From Candidatus Binatia bacterium (GTDB taxonomy: Bacteria; Desulfobacterota; Binatia; UBA9968; CAXXLF01): DNA of 64,000 bases. Below are positions 60,958 to 64,000 of the stretch, piece by piece. Within the stretch, counting starts at the first letter, position 1, and every line of letters starts with the position of its first letter. The notes under the pieces were generated by a model, which saw only the letters and a program-made list of their open reading frames with translations, was not told the DNA's origin and did not search any database. The position numbers and the translations under genes were made by a program. The stretch lies in the NCBI GenBank assembly GCA_963664015.2, contig CAXXLF010000002.1, positions 1,696,001 through 1,760,000 of the forward strand. The letters run 5' to 3'.

Positions 60958-61884
60958 ATGAAACGGCTCGCTTACGTCAGTATAACTATTCTAATCTGCA
61001 GTATTCTGGCCGTGTCATGGTTTTTACGCGCCCCCACAACGCCGTCTACCCCCGCTCCTCATCCGTCGCCCCGCCCCGAGCATGTACTCAAACAGTATCT
61101 CGCGGCCGTCTATGCTCGCGACTTCAGCACGGCGTACCAATGGGTGTCGGCTGAGGACCGCATCGTCAAGAGTCAGGAAGAATACCTCAGGGAAAATCCG
61201 TCGTTTTCGGGTTCCGTTCTGCGCTTGATCCACGGGCTGGCCGAAAAGATAGAGTTCATCAATATCCGAGAGAAGGTCACCGGTGATCGAGCGACCCTTG
61301 AATTTAAGGTTAAACTCCCCGATGCCAGCGACCCCATCCTGCAAAGGATCTTTATGGAATTCGACCTCGACCTCCTCAATCACCTCTCAGCTCTGGAGAG
61401 TCAGGAAATCGAGCAGCAAATCCGGGCCCTCGACCAAGAGGGCAAACTCCCCATGTTGGAAGGGGAAGAACAATGGCAACTCATCAAAGAGGCCGACGGC
61501 TGGCGTGTCTATCTCAACTGGACAGGTGCCACGACAGTCTGGTTTGAGGCGAGGGTAATGGACGGGCTCCCATGGGAATTCGAGCCAGTGCAGGGTTACG
61601 TCGCAGCCAAATCCGGTGAAACCCTTCAGGCCCTCTACAGGGTAAAGAACGTCTCCACCCAAACTATCACCGCCAAGGCACGCCACTTGGATGAACCCAA
61701 AGAACTCGCGGCAAAGCACCTTGAGATCGTTCAATGTTTTTGTTTCATTCAGCAAACGCTGGCGCCGGGGGAAGAGAAAGAACTACCGCTTGTATTCAGG
61801 ATTCACTGGGACGCTCCAGCGGAGCCCCGGGAGTTCCGGGTCACCTACGAGTTCTACCCCCTCGACAAGTTTCCGGCGAGTTAG
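60958..61884 (+). CDS. Membrane-anchored protein with C-terminal Cox11/CtaG copper-chaperone domain
   Basis: LPWEFEP, GET...Y.VKN, QCFCF..QTLAPGEEKELPLVF; extra ~190-aa N-terminal domain. Confidence 0.82.
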   Translation: MKRLAYVSITILICSILAVSWFLRAPTTPSTPAPHPSPRPEHVLKQYLAAVYARDFSTAYQWVSAEDRIVKSQEEYLRENPSFSGSVLRLIHGLAEKIEFINIREKVTGDRATLEFKVKLPDASDPILQRIFMEFDLDLLNHLSALESQEIEQQIRALDQEGKLPMLEGEEQWQLIKEADGWRVYLNWTGATTVWFEARVMDGLPWEFEPVQGYVAAKSGETLQALYRVKNVSTQTITAKARHLDEPKELAAKHLEIVQCFCFIQQTLAPGEEKELPLVFRIHWDAPAEPREFRVTYEFYPLDKFPAS

Positions 61885-61902
61885 ACAAGTTAGGAAATTT
61901 AG

Positions 61903-62496
61903 ATGTCCGAACTGACAACTCGAAAGCGGTTTCCATGGGTCACCACCGCCTGGGCGCTGCTTGGGATAACTATCATCACGGCTGCCGGCCTATGGCTTTT
62001 GCCTTGGGGTCGAGACCTTGGAACACTCGAGATTCACATCAAAGACCACCGCGAAGCTATCGACGATTTCGCCAAACTCGAGTTGGAAATAAAAAAGATT
62101 CGCATCGGTTCCCAGGCTGGTGTAAACTCCCGGGAAACCAATTGGAATGATCTTATACCCCAGGTAACCTCATTGGATCTGACCCAGCTGACTGGTACGA
62201 GAAGGTTACAGGTTTTCCGTGGTGAGTTGGAACCGGGCACTTTTGAGGCGATTCATTTGGACCTCTCACGAGCCCATGGGATACTTAAAAAGACTTTTCG
62301 CCCCATCCCGATCGAGAACCGCATCGGGCCGATACGAATACCTTTCTCTATCGGCCCCCGCATGGATTCCGCGATCGTACTGGATCTCGTCGTCTTAGAC
62401 ATCAGCGACCATCCACCCCGAGGGTATGAACTCCATATTAAAGGCTACGAGCTCTATGAAGGCGGCCGATTGATCGATCGAGTTCCCCCGGCGTAA
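61903..62496 (+). CDS. Membrane-anchored beta-sandwich protein (DUF4382-like)
   Basis: TM anchor then GTLEIHIKD...LDLTQL...LEPGTF..IHL. Confidence 0.55.
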   Translation: MSELTTRKRFPWVTTAWALLGITIITAAGLWLLPWGRDLGTLEIHIKDHREAIDDFAKLELEIKKIRIGSQAGVNSRETNWNDLIPQVTSLDLTQLTGTRRLQVFRGELEPGTFEAIHLDLSRAHGILKKTFRPIPIENRIGPIRIPFSIGPRMDSAIVLDLVVLDISDHPPRGYELHIKGYELYEGGRLIDRVPPA

Positions 62497-62518
62497 AGGG
62501 TTTTATGGTTGAGCGCAA

Positions 62519-63211
62519 ATGGCAACGATGATGGGTGCAATAAAACTCGGCTATCGGACCCTTGTCTGGGCACTGATCGGCCTGGCACTTCTCTGGTTGG
62601 GTACCGTGGCCTTGTGGAACATCCGGGGGGGGACCCGTCCTGGGACGCCAATGGGCACGTCCGACCGATCCCCTTTACAGGGCCTGAGCGATTTCGGTCA
62701 GGTACCGGAGTTTACATTGACCGAGCGCAGTGGAAACCCCCTTCGCTTGCAGGACCTGGGCGGCTATATTTGGATCGTCAACTTTATCTATACAGCTTGT
62801 ACTGAGACGTGCCCACTCCAAAGTGCCGCCATGGCCGCGCTCCAATCCCAGCTGGATCCCACCGCAAAAGTTAAGCTGATTTCGATCACTCTCGACCCGA
62901 AACGAGATACTCTGGCGATCTTATCTCGTTACGCGCAGCGTTTTGGAGCCAACGGTGACCGCTGGCTATTTTTAACCGGCCCCAAGGACATGATTTCTCA
63001 GCTCGCCGGGAATGGTTTTCGACTCAGTGCCGTTCCGGTTGTTGAGAACAACCAAACGCAAACCACGGAATTTATACACAGTTCGAGACTGGTCTTGGTG
63101 GACGGAGCAGCCAAGATCCGCGGCTATTATCCAAGCAATGATACCGAGGCCTTGCGACAGCTCGTGCACGATGTAAAACTATTACTGAATCGGAGTGATG
63201 CCCATGGCTAA
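62519..63211 (+). CDS. SCO1/SenC copper chaperone
   Basis: FIYTACTETCP (CxxxC), SITLDPKRDT and HS..LVLVD. Confidence 0.92.
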   Translation: MATMMGAIKLGYRTLVWALIGLALLWLGTVALWNIRGGTRPGTPMGTSDRSPLQGLSDFGQVPEFTLTERSGNPLRLQDLGGYIWIVNFIYTACTETCPLQSAAMAALQSQLDPTAKVKLISITLDPKRDTLAILSRYAQRFGANGDRWLFLTGPKDMISQLAGNGFRLSAVPVVENNQTQTTEFIHSSRLVLVDGAAKIRGYYPSNDTEALRQLVHDVKLLLNRSDAHG

Positions 63212-64000
63212 AAAATCCCAACGAAGAAACCAGGCGAAAGGCGCCCCGCAGGTGATTCCCATGAGAGCCAACCCCAACTGGTTGTTGCTTGGACTCGCAC
63301 TCATTGGAATGGGGCTTACCAGCTATCTCACCGCATCCACCTGGCTAGCAAAAGACGTTGTCGGTTGCACCGCGGGCAGCGATTGTGACGTCGTACTGGG
63401 TAGCCGCTGGGCAACGCTGTTTGACGTACCCACTTCGCTCTGGGGTTTCCTCGCCTATAGCACACTTGCTGCCATATCTTTTATCAAACGCTCTGACCTC
63501 CACGCCAAACTGGCCTGGTCCGTTGCCATATTTGGAGTTCTATACAGCCTCTACCTGACCTATATCTCCTTTACCCAGCTGGAAGCCGCCTGTCACTACT
63601 GCCTCACTTCGTTATCCCTCCTGCTGGCTATCCTAGGAACCGTGTCTTACCAATGGCCGCGAAATCTGCCTCATTTCTCCTGGCCCCGCTGGTCCCTTTA
63701 TACCGTACCCAGCGGATTGATTCTCGTCGCCGCACTCCACCTTCACTATGCCGGAGCCGACGTCAAGACCGCTGATGTGCCGGAAGACACTAAGTTACGT
63801 GCCCTAGCGGATTACCTGTCTAAGGAAGACGCCAAATTCTATGGGGCTTACTGGTGTCCTGCCTGCCAAGCACAAAAAGCGCTCTTTGGCACCTCGACCC
63901 ATCGCTTGCCCTATGTCGAATGCAGCCCCAATGGACGCAATGCTCAGCCGGCGACCATCTGCACGGTTATGAGTATCCGGAGTTATCCAACTTGGATCAT
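63204..64000 (+). CDS. VKOR-family oxidoreductase fused to a thioredoxin-like domain (runs off window end)
   Basis: Manual translation from ATG 63204: GCTAGSDCDVVLGSRWA, ACHYCL and FYGAYWCPACQAQKALFG. Confidence 0.88.
   Translation, partial: MAKKSQRRNQAKGAPQVIPMRANPNWLLLGLALIGMGLTSYLTASTWLAKDVVGCTAGSDCDVVLGSRWATLFDVPTSLWGFLAYSTLAAISFIKRSDLHAKLAWSVAIFGVLYSLYLTYISFTQLEAACHYCLTSLSLLLAILGTVSYQWPRNLPHFSWPRWSLYTVPSGLILVAALHLHYAGADVKTADVPEDTKLRALADYLSKEDAKFYGAYWCPACQAQKALFGTSTHRLPYVECSPNGRNAQPATICTVMSIRSYPTWI

Overview
Core-chromosome, probably origin-proximal, window of a GC-moderate diderm bacterium. The split atp operon with b'/b subunits, a nuo operon without nuoB/nuoI and the cupin-EutA pair suggest a deltaproteobacteria-like lineage such as Candidatus Binatia (inference only). 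In order: the tail of one nuo cluster (nuoM end, nuoN); an iron locus (broken apbE, 5'-truncated bacterioferritin, cytochrome c-FTR1 fusion, DtxR); USP and Nit hydrolase; nadX/nadA; a decayed amtB-porin pair; a CDF exporter; groES-groEL with a His-rich tail; a second nuo operon (A,C,D,E,F,G,H,J,K,L,M,N); tatD-metG-holB-tmk; mnmE-mnmG-rsmG-parA-parB with two parS sites; atpF'FHAGD without atpC; a bicupin plus EutA-like ATPase with no EutBC; and a metal island (OprB, NikR, cluster A-I ABC transporter, RAPP-motif leader ORF, His/Met-rich periplasmic protein, Cox11 fusion, SCO, VKOR-thioredoxin). The best leads are the RAPP arrest-peptide/NikR metal-handling region, the orphan EutA-cupin module, a ~210-bp insert carrying permuted tRNA halves, a family of nested heptamer-built palindromic repeats, and a structured nadA leader. 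Several frameshifts fall in short homopolymers and may be sequencing errors.
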